Shown piece after piece: positions 13,148 through 24,825 of a stretch of 64,000 nucleotides of DNA (position 1 is the stretch's first letter; each line of letters begins with the position of its first letter). Under the pieces are notes generated by a model. That model was not told the DNA's origin, made no database searches, and saw only the letters and a program-made list of their open reading frames with translations. This DNA is from Lama guanicoe (taxonomy: Eukaryota), in NCBI GenBank assembly GCA_013239625.1, contig MU054187.1, positions 10,251,231 to 10,315,230 of the forward strand. The letters are read 5' to 3'. Both the position numbers and the translations under genes were made by a program.

Positions 13148-13969
13148 ATTCTTAGCCCAGATCATAGTCCATGTTCAAAATGTGACTAAAATTTGAGAGA
13201 AGAGAAGAAAGCTCAGGATCAGATAGCCTCAAAGCAAATGCAGTTATCAGGAAAAGATCTAACAGACATATTTGTGGGACCATGGGAATTTTAATCACTC
13301 CACATTTATACAGCTATAAAAACAAAATGGTAGAAAACAGGAAACTTCTTTAATCAAGTCAAGTCTTTGTGGTGGTGGCTGATGAATATGCAAAAGCTGC
13401 TCCAAATCTTTTTTTAGGGCACAGAGAACTGCCACACAGGCACCCCTAATAACTGTTTTTAGGTTATAAGAAAGCAATGGTGGATTTGTTAATCAAGTAT
13501 GTCAGACGCTTAAAGAGATATAGACATTTTTGATTCTGCAAGACAACAGACTGACTTCTAGAGCACCTGAGCTGTGATTTTCCAATTGAAGTATTTCTGG
13601 TAAGTAGTAGTATTATATTCATTGAGCTTGTCAACGCCCGAAGGCAAAATCCTAAAGTTACCCAAGGCTCTAGCAGGAAAAATGGCAGGTCTTAGAGATG
13701 ATTCTCTCAAGAAACATCATCAAGCTCTTAGAGAAATTTTCCTACTTTCATAAAACTGCCTTTGTAATTGAAGAGGTAATTTCTTCTACTTCACACCTCT
13801 GCCTATTCCGTGACACTCCCTTAAGCCATCATCATTCTATAGTAATTCTTATTTCTACCTCTATTTTCCTTTTTTTTTGGATCCTGTTGCAAATGTATTC
13901 AGTCATACATATGTTCTTGATTAGAATCCAAGTTAGAGTTGCTTGTATTACGATTATAGGCAAGTCGAT

Positions 13970-14200
13970 GGATGAATGAATTCCATTTGCTCATTCCTTC
14001 AAAGGTTTGTTGAGTGCCTACTACGGCCAGGCGCCGGGGAAACAAAGATGAGTCAGACACTGAACCCACCCAAAGAAGAAAGGTCAATAGTCTGTGCTCT
14101 CGGGGGGCTCTCAGTCTGCTAAGGGAGACACAACACGGGAACAAAGAGCTGCCGTGTAGAGATACATATGTTCCAGCTACAGGTTAACACAAACGTGGGG
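13970..14200 (-). mobile_element. L2 3' end fragment
   Basis: 'ctcattccttcaaaggtttgttgagtgcctactacggccagg...aaagatgagtcagacac'. Confidence 0.65.
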
Positions 14201-14231
14201 ATGACCCACTCTTTCTGAATTTCCCTACATA

Positions 14232-14360
14232 TGAGATTAGGAAGTGGAGGCACAGAGAAATTAGGTCATTTGCTGATACTCACACGACTAGTACATGCAA
14301 GAGTCTGGATATGAACCGTGGAAGTATGTCTGCAGGGGTCATACTCTCATTTATCACCGT
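14232..14360 (-). mobile_element. MIR SINE fragment
   Basis: 'gaggcacagagaaattaggtcatttgctgatactcacacgactagta' is the antisense MIR core. Confidence 0.7.
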
Positions 14361-16342
14361 GCTAACGCTTTCCACATGTGACCTGTACAAGACTTCACAT
14401 GGTTAAATATTTAATAAATGTGTTTGAGTGGCAATAGTCAATCTCATTAAGTCACTGGTGCTCATTCACATGCTCGTGCCCATTTCTCTAAAAAAAGTTC
14501 TTTCCTTCTCACCAAAAATGACCTCTAAAACCAAATAACGCAGGGGAAATCACTCCACATTTACGCAGCTAGCCAAAAGGAAACTTTTAAAATCAAGCAA
14601 AGTCTTGGTGACTGTGGCTGATGGATAGGGTGCTGCAAGATCATGGGGCCAAGAAATGGCACCAGGTATGATCTGTCCGCTTGACAGGAGACCCCCTCAG
14701 TCACCAAGAAGTCTCATCTCTGCCCTTGAAAAAGGCACTTCATCTGTTCCCATACCCTTGGGTCACATGTTCATGTCCTTTAAAAGTGGAAATAGTGAGA
14801 TTCACATTTCACAAAGCAAAGATCATGCCCTCCAATTCTTACTGTTTTTCCGGGTGAAATCACAAGGACACATACAAAGGGTGATCTGCTAAGAACAGGA
14901 AAAAGAAAAAAAAGTCCAGCCTGAGGGGGGAGTCCTGAAGGAGTAATGGTCTCTTCCGAGTCTCGGCAGGACCGCGTTCCTAGGAGTAAGTGCCTGACTG
15001 CGTGCATAAACCTCTTTCGGCACCAGCTGAAGAGTTGCTCCTTCCTCTTCTCAGTGCCTCCCTATTCACCGTATGGAATTCAGGGATCCGCTAAGTTTCA
15101 GAGCTGTGAGGGTGACCGCTTTGGGACCCTACTTACATTTGTAAAATCCTTTAAAAGCAGTACCTAGATTAGTGTTGTGATGGGCTAGTTGGGAGAAGGC
15201 GTGTATACACCAGGGCCAAGAACCTTGCAGGCTGAAGAATTCTGCCTATCACGGCCATGCTTAGGAGATCCTATCGAGCACAGTGTTTCTAATGAAACTC
15301 AGAACAAGTGACTCCCATAGCAAGAATTCTCGCACCCGTCTTCTTCCTCACAAGTGTCCCAGTCCATTAAACCAACCGGCTGGATGTCTGAGCTTGTAAG
15401 CGCCTAGGGACCACCGGTGTTCTGGCGTTCCTGGAGCCCAGCTGCGTGACCTGGGAGGGCACCAAGGAGGATTCGACAAGAGAGCAGTCAGATGCTGAGG
15501 AGGGAGGTCACATCGGGGAAAAGGCAGCAGCCAATTTCACAACGTAGCAAAGGAGAAAGGACGGAGCCTTCCTGCTGTGAAGTGCAGTCTCTCCCCACGG
15601 AAACGGGGGACCCGTGATATGTCACCTCACACCTGGTACCTGACAAGCCCACCAATAGTGCTGAGACTATGGTTTAGTTTGAAAAAATGATCCACTTTTG
15701 GACACAGGACAGTGTTTTACTCCTACAGATCTCTGATGAGAAAGCTGGAAACAAACATCATTAATTTTTCTTTCAACAAAGAGGTGTCAAGTCTATAATA
15801 GAAACTGTGATCTTACATAAAGCCATTTCTCTTCCTTCAGAGCACAAAGAATCTGTGAAGAAATGTAGGCAGAACGTGGTGTTCGGACTCTAATTTTGCT
15901 CACCTGCAAACTGTCCCCTTTCTATCATAACTTTATTTAAATCATGGCTATGCTCTTAATTAACAATTTAATTGGTTGGTGCTTTCTCAGTCCAGTTCTC
16001 TGGAGGCATGGTTTCCGTTTAACTTTCTTGTTTTAATTCTTCAGCAAAACCATAAAATTTAATTAGGAAAGTAACCAGCTTTGTAACAGCAGCTCTGTCT
16101 AATTAGCTATGCTCTGACTGTACCTTCTCAGAGTCCATTCAACACTGCACATGCATTTTGCATTTGTTCATGATTCAGATAAGACATTGTGAATTTAGCC
16201 TAAACAATATATCCAACTGCTTTTCACTTTTCCAAAACTGCTTGGTTACCTCCAGTGAAATCAGAAAAAGTAACCTAAAGTGTTCATAAATGCTGTCACA
16301 CCAAGAGCCATCAAAGGCCAAGATGTAGGAACGTTTTCTTAC

Positions 16343-16943
16343 TGTGCACATTCATTTCTCTTGCTACAGGACAAGCTCCACAAACTCAGCAGCTGAAAAT
16401 AATTTATCATCCCACAGTTCTGTTGGTCAGAAGTCCAGACACAGCTGGCTGGATTTTCTCTTCAGGGTCTCACTGAACAAAAATCAAGTACTAGCTAGGC
16501 TGGGACTTCATGTGGACCTCAAAGTTGTCTTCCAAGCTCATACGTTGTGGCATAATTCAGTTCCTTGAGGTTGTAGGACTGACAGCTCCATTTCCTTGCT
16601 GCCTATCCTCTGGGGATGGCTCTGACATCCTAGAGGCCACTACCCTGATCATGTGGCTCCTGTGGACAGTTCACCACACAGCAACTTGATGCTACACCAG
16701 CAGGAGCATTTCTCTGTCTCCCTCCTCTCAGAACACCTGGAGATAAATCTCTGCATTGAAGGGGCTCACCTGATTAGGTCAGGCCCACCCCAGGTAATCT
16801 TCCTTCTGCCGCATAATATGTTATAAATTACGAGAATGACTATTCCGTCCTATTAACAGGCCCACACTCAGAGGAAGGATTATGCAGGTGTGTTCACCAT
16901 GGGGCAGAAATCCTGGGGCCACCTTAGAACTGTGCCTACCACA
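16343..16943 (-). mobile_element. MaLR solo LTR (MLT1D-like)
   Basis: 'cacagttctgttggtcagaagtcc', 'aattcagttccttgaggttgtaggactga' and 'tgattaggtcaggcccaccc'; ends 'gcctaccaca'; TG...CA termini. Confidence 0.8.
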
Positions 16944-17295
16944 GTGTGCTACAAGGAAAGAAGACACCTAAAGACTTCCCAGCAAATCCTCCTCCCTTCC
17001 CCTCGGATGAAGTGCACAGGATGCACAAAGGAGCTGTTAACAGTGGCCCCAATTTTGTCCCATCAGCTCCACAGGGCATCAGGTGACAGACAGTCATATT
17101 CTTTCCTCTCTGCGGGCTGCTTTCTCTGGCTGGCCAGAACCGCTGTTTTCAGGAGTGCAAGAGGATCACGGGATGCAATCATCTGAATTTAAAATGGCAT
17201 CAAGTTAACAAGATGCTTTTAGATAAAAATTTATTGAAGCTCGGTGCCTCAAACTTCAGCCTGATAAAATGATTTCTGTAACGAAGGAAGTGAAA

Positions 17296-17859
17296 TGTGC
17301 AGAAAAGAGTTAACGAGCAAGCCCGGAACTGCTGACCTTAGAAAGGCCTGCTTGCAAGACTGGACTGGGAACGTAGATGGTGGGAGGGTTCCCACCACCG
17401 TAACAGAGAAGAGTGCTTCACTGTGCCTCCAGGGTTTGTGCAAACAGCACAATTCACGCTGAACGCCTGCTCTCTCCTGCAGGAGTCTGGGGTTTCGGTA
17501 TGTGCGAGACAGAGGGCACCTACGTGACTAGGTTCAATAAGATCCTATAAATAAAATAGGATAAAAAGTCTGTAATGAGCTTCCCTGGTAGACAGTGCTT
17601 CACACGTGTCGTTCACGTTCGTCGCAGCTTGTGCTGCGGGAAGGAAGAGCATCCCGTGTGCCTCCGCTGGCCGACCAGCCTTGGAAGCTTGTGCCTGGTT
17701 CTCCGGAGCTGGCCCCCACGGGCCTTTTCCCTCCACTGATTTGGCTTTGTATCCGTTTGCTGTACTAAGTCACAGGTCTGATCGGCACTATAGTTTGAGC
17801 CGCGAGGATCCTCCTGCCAAACACTGAACCCAGGGGTGGTCTTGGTGAGCCCTGACCCA
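17296..17859 (+). mobile_element. Solo LTR (MER68/MER21-group)
   Basis: Begins 'tgtgcagaaaagagttaac...ccttagaaaggcctgcttgcaag', contains 'atgagcttccctggtagaca', and ends 'ggggtggtcttggtgagccctgaccca'. Confidence 0.8.
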
Positions 17860-17994
17860 AGGAATACGGTAAGTCAGAGCGTGATAATGATCACATTCTG
17901 ACGCCAGGCGAACTCAGCCTTAATCCTCTCCATCGTGAAGATGATCAGAGGAAAGGGACTAGAGCGAGAGCAGCCTCACTTGTATTCTAGAGAC

Positions 17995-18178
17995 TGGCAT
18001 TGCCTGGATGTGAGTTCCAATTCTGCACTGTGACCTGGGGCAAGTTACTTAGCCTCTGTCCGTCTCTCCCAGTTTCTTTATCTGTAAAATAGCAGTAATA
18101 ATGGTACCCAATTCATAGAGTTGTTAAAATGAGGCAGTTTATAGAAAGCACTTTGCACCATGACTGGCACATAGTGAT
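17995..18178 (+). mobile_element. MIR SINE
   Basis: 'tgtgacctggggcaagttacttagcctct...cagtttctttatctgtaaaat...ctggcacatagt'. Confidence 0.85.
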
Positions 18179-19772
18179 TGGGAGGGGCTGGATGTAATTC
18201 TCCGTGGAGTGGATTCACCAGAGCATCGTTGGTATCCTGATGTCAACTCCTCTCCTTCCCTTCACCTGCTCCCCTCTTTCCTCACCAGCTCCCCTTTCCC
18301 CGCTTCCTCAGTTGTCTTCTAAGCTCCTTTACATCCAAACCATTCCCTCCCCCAGTTTGCTGCTTTTCCTTACCTTAAGGACTGAACGAAAACAACACGC
18401 AGAAATGTTTTTCTCTAAGTAGAAAAAGGGCACGAGGTAATTGTGTTGTCATCGGTGTCCACAGTCCTAGCTCTGCTTGACCTCTTTTGGTTCCAGCTGC
18501 AGTGATTTATGAGTTTATACGTAATCCCCACAGTTCTCACTGATGTAGTTTCATTGCTTTTGATAATGGTTAGTGAACATCACAAATAGAACGATACAAT
18601 TTCATTTTCATGACTTTGTAAGGCCTGCCGTGTAACTGTAGTCACAAAAATGCTTCAGTAAATCATGTTTTGCAATGTTTGGCTCAGTGTATTTGTTCCC
18701 TGAAATACTGTACTCTAAGATGCAGAGGGGCTATTTTATTTTTCCAGTGGTATTTCTACAACACCATGTCAGCGGAGACAGAAACTTCTACTTGAAACTT
18801 GCTTTGTTTCTGTGCAACTTTTGAGTCTTGGGTGGACTGTTCAGAGGGTGTTCAGGTATCGCTGCTGAAAAGGCTATAATGGGGTTGATGATCATATGTG
18901 ACCAGAGGAAGGTCCTTGTCAGTATCCAAAAGCAGAGATTCCTTTGAGGAAGAGAGGAGGTTTAGGAAATGCCCTGTAAGCACGGCCTCTCTGTTGGATA
19001 AAATCACAACAGTTTGGAAGAAGCTCCCGCAGCCTCACTCCGGGGCGGGGGAGCGCCCTTGTAATGAGACCCCAGGCCTAAACTGGATACTGCGTGTGGA
19101 GGGGGTAGGAATAAGGAGGAAGAATGGAAATCAATAAAAGTTCAAAACTTCATTTGCAAATAAATTCAGTATCTGAAGGGAAGATGTCAAAGAGAAAAAT
19201 CAAACCAAAAACAAAGGACCAAAAGTCTGATAATTATAAATACCTCCAGAAGCTATGAGGCTGTCCCCCCTCTGTCACTCCCCACTCACGCCATCTCCAG
19301 GTAGGATGGGACATCCGCCCTAGGACACCTGTTTGTCTATCCCACAGTGAACGTTAGAGGCCTCCTCAGTTATCTGCTTTGCTGTCCATCAGATTGAAGC
19401 TAAACCATCACACACTTTATGGGATGCTTCTGTTCCTGGTAGGCGTGGAGAAGAGCCCATCGCCATCCTTCTTATAACTTCTTGGCTAAAGCTAACACTC
19501 AATTATATGCAATAATGGGCAGACGAGAAACTCTTTAATTCTAAAATCCATAGAATTCATCAAAGGTTGAATAATCAGAGCCCTTCAACCTTTACCAGCA
19601 AAATTCTCCTATCGGACCCACTGAAACATAGCAAAATTAATTAACTTGAATTTCTAGCTTTCTTTTCATCAACTCACATCTGCCTGAAGTTTTAATTAGA
19701 AGGAAAGTGTCCAGATGATCAGCAAGAAGATTTCAAGAAGGGAAAGTGAACCTCTGGAAAATTGGAAGCTAA

Positions 19773-19925
19773 ATTCACTCATTCATTAAAAAAAAAAAAT
19801 TACTGAGCTTCTAGGATGTTCAAGACACTCACTGAGAGCAGAGCACTGAACAAAAATAGACAAGCTCTCTCATGAAGCTTACATTCCACTAAGGGAGATG
19901 GAGAATAAATAAATGAACTAATAAA
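19773..19925 (-). mobile_element. L2 3' end fragment
   Basis: 'ttcactcattcatt...tactgagcttcta...ctctcatgaagcttacattccact'. Confidence 0.7.
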
Positions 19926-20093
19926 TAGTCATATGTATCATATTTTGAGTCACCTTAACTACCCTTTAAAAGTGCTTTCAAATTATCTCTTAGCATTTTC
20001 TTCCTTTGACTAAAGAAGTCCAATTACTCAACTCCAGTCAGCAAAGCCCTGTAAACACATTACAAACAAAATAATAAGTAAGTGGACACTCAC

Positions 20094-20169
20094 CTTAAGC
20101 TTGTGGCATATTTTCTTCAGTGCATATGCTTCCTCTTCTGTGTTGGGAATAAGTCTTATCACCTTATCA
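20094..20169 (-). CDS. CPA6: Carboxypeptidase A6, coding exon 2 (pro-domain; internal exon, phase 2 start, phase 0 end)
   Basis: Minus strand reads ...ctttcttacAG|T GAT AAG GTG ATA AGA CTT ATT CCC AAC ACA GAA GAG GAA GCA TAT GCA CTG AAG AAA ATA TGC CAC AAG CTT AAG|GTgagt. It is 76 bp with canonical acceptor and donor. The peptide [25 protein letters not shown] closely matches human CPA6 [25 protein letters not shown] as recalled. Confidence 0.95.
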
Positions 20170-22612
20170 CTGTAAGAAAGGGAAAAAATGGTGATATTTA
20201 CCTTCCCCCCCAAAAAGATACAACCATCTCTATCTTCTTACCTTTTAAAAGAAAAAAACCCCTGCATTTAAGAAAAACAGCAAAAGTTCAGACTGGCCAG
20301 CAGGAATCTGATCCAGTTCTTGTTACTCTCTGATTGTACTGGTCTTTTCCCCTTTGTCTTAAAACTATTCATTTTTTTTTCATCAGCTTTTGAAGATTGC
20401 AGACTCACACTCAAGCAGAGAAAGGCTGAAAACACAAGGAACAGTGGCAGCAGGACCAGAACATTCACGAACACCTCAGAGCAGATACCAAGCAAGAAAA
20501 TTCCTGATGACAGGGGAAAAAAAGCAAACAAACAAAAAGCCAAACAACCCTACCTTAAAAATTTTTTAACTTAATGCTGAAAAAGAACATGACTTTTGAT
20601 GAGAGGACCTATGAAATCCACATACAGTGGAACATTTCTGGTTAGATTCTTCCCACAGTGAGACCAGTGAAGGTAAACCATCCCTGTGGGGCATCTTACT
20701 TCTCTGGTACAGAGCTTCCCAACTGGTATGTGGGGCCAAACTGCAGGGCCACCAGTTGTTTGCAGATGTGCCATGAGATACTGATGACTATACAATTTTT
20801 AAAGTGGTAAAAAATTTAAAATCGATCTTTACAGCCATTAAAATTTTACCACAGTTGAAATTATATTTGAACAGTCTGTAAGGTTCTTTCAGTACAGATT
20901 CTGAATTGCTTAAGAAGACTCAAGGTGTCACGCTAATCGCTAGAGCTCTCTGCGGGGGTCACCGCTCCCCTAGGTGTGCCCGACAGGTGGTGTCATTTTC
21001 AAACGCAGTCAGGATGAGGGCAGGTTGGGAAGCACAGCTCTAGCATTGAATAATCACAAGCAGTCCATGTGTTCTCCATAGTTACTTATTAAATATTTAT
21101 TAACACATTGGTATAAAGGAGATCACTGAGAATAGCTGGCTTCCAGAAAAAAATGTAAGGAAAAACCAAGGAAAGTACAAGAGGAATGAATATTTTTCAT
21201 AATCCTCTGTGGCATCTTACCATGACTGAAGATAAAGTAGAATATTATGAACAGTACATATGTATAAAGCCCAAGACAAACACTTGAGCAGTTCACCCAA
21301 AACGTCTCTCTCCAGCCCCACAGTTGCACCAGAACATGGACGGAATTTGCCCGTCTCTGCATGGTGTAACTACTTAGATGAATAAGAGTCTCCAAGGCAA
21401 GGTGGGATGAATCGGGAGCGCATCGGAGCCTAAGGGAGACGTCCAGACTTGTCTAGGGCTGTGTGTTCGTTTCCAATCACTTTAGCTTTGTTCTTTCAGA
21501 TCATCCCATTAAACCTTCATTAGGCCCATGGATTCCATGGATTTAACCCCCCCTGGCTTGCTGATGATAATTAGAACGTTCTAGGCACTGCTACTCTGTT
21601 ATGGCCTTGTAGCTTTGGTTTCCTCAAAAATCACACATAACCACCTCTTAGCATCATAAAATCCATTTTTCTGGAAAGAGTAAAAAAGTAGAAAGAAAGG
21701 AAATGAAAAACCATCATGTCACTGTTAAACAATTCCAAATATGACCTTCGGAACTGCAATGTCATCCCACCTTTCCTCTTTTTCATTTCTGTTACACGTT
21801 TCTCTGACCTTTGTTTTTCCTGGATCCATTACCTCCTGGCCTCTCCCCCTTGACCCAACAGAATTCTTGGCAAAGAAAGACGGCTCCCCTGGATGATGTG
21901 GTTGTTTTTGAGGGATGGGTTATTTGACAGCTTGCTGAAAAACACCTCCATCTGGGGCCCTGTCAGCTCCTCAGAAACGCAAAGAAAGCAATCTGTAGCT
22001 GTTTTACAGCCATGGGAAGATTTTTCTTTTTCTTTTTTTCCTTTTTTTTAAAAAGATGATGGATAATTCAACCTGGCAATTGGTTCCTCCTCTGTGGGCA
22101 TAGGATAAAAGGGGACCCCCCCCCCAACCCCGGGATTATTTACACCTGAAAGTGATTGCTTAAACCCAGCTTTGTCATTTTTATCACAAAAAGTTCACTT
22201 CATCTCAGCTTATAGGAATTCTCAGGTGTGACTTGAGAAATGTGTTTATTACTGTTTGATTACTTATCAAAGAACAGAGAAGAAGGAAAGCTATTTAGGA
22301 AAACCTGTGAAATGCCACTTTTTTTATAAGCCCATAAATTACATTGGTAGACCAGCTGGTCACCCAAATCCAGGAGCTCTTTATTCAGCAGGTAGAACCT
22401 ACTGCCTCTCAGACGCCCCATTTGTTTCACCAAACAGAAAGCTTACCCCTCCTACATCTGACAGCTAGTCTTTTTTGAAGTGAACAATAATTCGGTACCA
22501 CAAACAGGAAGGTTTCAGGTAGTGAAGGAGCTACTGGAACTTAGAAAAACTAGCTGTGCACGACTATCAAAAAAGCTGAATAGAGGCTCTCTTTTTAATG
22601 TATCAGTTTTTC

Positions 22613-22631
22613 CAACCACTAGGGGGCAACA
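22613..22631 (+). promoter_or_regulatory. Candidate CTCF binding site
   Basis: caaCCACTAGGGGGCAaca matches the CTCF core CCASYAGRKGGCR exactly. This is a motif match only; there is no occupancy data. Confidence 0.55.
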
Positions 22632-22734
22632 TCACTTTAAGACCCCTTGGTTACCCTTTGGGGTTAAGATGAGGGAATCAAAGGTCTGAATGCAGGTTGA
22701 GGTTAGAAAGATGACTCGGCAACCAGCTGCTCAT

Positions 22735-22943
22735 ATTGGTGTCCTTAAAGAGGAAGAAATCTGGGCACAGACACTCACAGAGGGAGGGCCACGTAAAGAC
22801 ACAGAAGACGGCCTCAGAGGAAACCCAGCCCACAGACGCCCTGACCTCAGACTTGTACTACACCTGTGAGAAGATGGGTTCCTGGGGCTTAAGTCACCCG
22901 GTCTGTGGACTGTGCTATCGCAGCCCCGGCAGACGAACCCACA
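22735..22943 (+). mobile_element. MaLR LTR fragment (MLT1A/B/MST-like)
   Basis: 'tggtgtccttaaagaggaagaaat', 'ggcctcagaggaaacccagccc' and 'ttaagtcacccggtctgtgg...gcagccc'. Confidence 0.75.
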
Positions 22944-23659
22944 CTCTGACAATGGTAGCTTAATGGTTATATCCTCACGGAGCTGTTCTTTGATATCTGG
23001 AGAATTTTGGTCACCCTGTTCCTATGCTTTCGCAATACTCTCCACATTTCCTATTACACTCGCCGTGATTATCTGTTTGATGTCTCTCTCATTAAACTCT
23101 AAACTCCATTTAAGCAGAAACTCAATATATTTTAGTGTATTTATGGGACTCCTGGGCTGTGAGAGTGTCTCTGCAGGATGGCTTGGAGCTAATCTTGAGG
23201 AGTCCAGGGCCAGTATTTTTGTTTTAATTGCAATTCCTCTGTCATGCAGAGTGTAACAGGATCCCACACCCCCGCATGGTAGAGGCCTGGGGTATCTGCT
23301 TTTCAGAGGTACCTCCCACCTTCCACGTCCCTAAGGGACTAAAACCTCCCATAGTTTCTTCCAGCTGAATGGAAAGCTTTCCTTGACACTTCGAGGCTCC
23401 CTGCTTCAAGCGGACTTGCTTCTAGTCCCCCGCGCACAGCAGGCACTGGAACCCGGCCTCAGCTGGAGGGCTCCTTTTCATAGTCCCGACTCCCAGACCG
23501 CAAGGCATCAGCTCTTCCTTTCTTCTTTAGCTTTGTACCCCTGACTCTACCCCTAACAAGTGTGTGGCACCTGGAAGCTTCCTCTTCTTTCTACAAAGCC
23601 CAGTTATCTACTAGAACAGACGACAGGGTGGTAGGATCACCCTCCGGACGCGAGGTGCC

Positions 23660-23855
23660 AGCACCGTCTCTGTGGCCTCAGGCCAGCTGTTTAACCTCTC
23701 TGCGCCTCCGTCCCTCTCTCTGTGGATTGCAGAGACTTGTACTTAGTTCACGGACGATTAAATGAGTGAAGGCTGAATGAGTATTCGAGTCAAGGGCTTA
23801 GAATAATACCTGACACATAGTCAGAGATATTATAAATGTTTGATATTATTATGAC
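23660..23855 (+). mobile_element. MIR SINE (diverged)
   Basis: 'tttaacctctctgcgcctc...gattaaatgag...gcttagaataatacctgacacatagt'. Confidence 0.65.
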
Positions 23856-24379
23856 ATTTAGGCATTTTCAGCATTTTTTCACTTTATTTATACTTTGAGG
23901 GTTCCTGACGGCATCAACTCAGTGCTCCATGTTCTCGCCTGTTCTAATCTGTTGAATGGAAGAATGAAGAGGATTCTCTCAAGAGGAAGCTGCTTGTAGC
24001 AAATCTCCTGGGCTGTAGTCTCCCTTCCAGGTGTCCTCTGCTTGGTGTCGCCTAACTCCTTCCCTTGGGACTACACCTAACTTTAAAGGCAGTTGGTGGG
24101 CGGTTGGGTGGAATGACAAGTGAGTCCTGCCCTGCGGGCTTACTCTCCTGGCCAGCGAATGACAGCTGATGCAGCCAGATCTCATCTTTGGGAGTTTGCA
24201 CTTGAGACAAAGAACAAGATCAACGAGTTTGCAGTGCCAGGAGCAGCAGCACCAGACACAGTCACCAGCGGCAAATTCTCAAGCAGGGAGCACAGGCACT
24301 TGACACCGAGCCCTTCGGATGCTTTTGGCTGTCCCTCCTAAATTCCATTTCCCCTCCTTAAACTCCAGCAGGACTGATT

Positions 24380-24825
24380 TGCTCAGATACACATTTCATC
24401 CTCATTTCAGGAATAAGTTTGGATCAGCCAATGAGAGCTTGGCTATCCCCTGGCAACCTTGTTAGTCTGGAGAGAGACATGTGCTATAAATTGGCCCAAT
24501 CAGATTTAAAGGAAGGATTGATATTCCCCGGTTGGAGGGAAATAGAAGATTCTCTCTTGTTGAACATGAACAATGTGCAAGCCTGCTTGTGCCTGGCAGC
24601 CTGTAATTTTGACGGGAGTAAGTAATTACTCGAGAGTAAAGTAGACTCTGCCCTGTGGAGGGGAGAGACAGGGCCTGGGTTTCCAGAGATCCTGTAGAAT
24701 CACCCCACCTGAAAGCATGTCCTTCCTCTGGACTTCCCGACACATCGTGGAAAACTTTTCTCTATTGTGTAGGCCAGTTTGAGTCATTTGTCTCCCACTT
24801 GTAACCAAGAGCATGCTGCATAATG
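24380..24825 (+). mobile_element. Old MaLR LTR (MLT1K-like)
   Basis: 'ggcccaatcaga', 'cctctggacttcc' and the 3' end 'gccagtttgagtcatttgtctcccacttgtaaccaagagcat'. Confidence 0.55.

Larger units (their letters stand above)
1..20093 (-). other. CPA6: CPA6 intron 2 (5' portion; exon 3 lies beyond the left edge)
   Basis: GTGAGT donor at 20093-20088. The expected next exon (VDLWQP...) is not seen in the window. Confidence 0.8.

Noticed and set aside
20028..20213. 61-aa ORF as a standalone gene
   Set aside because: It is the CPA6 exon read through into flanking intron; only 20094-20169 is bounded by splice sites.
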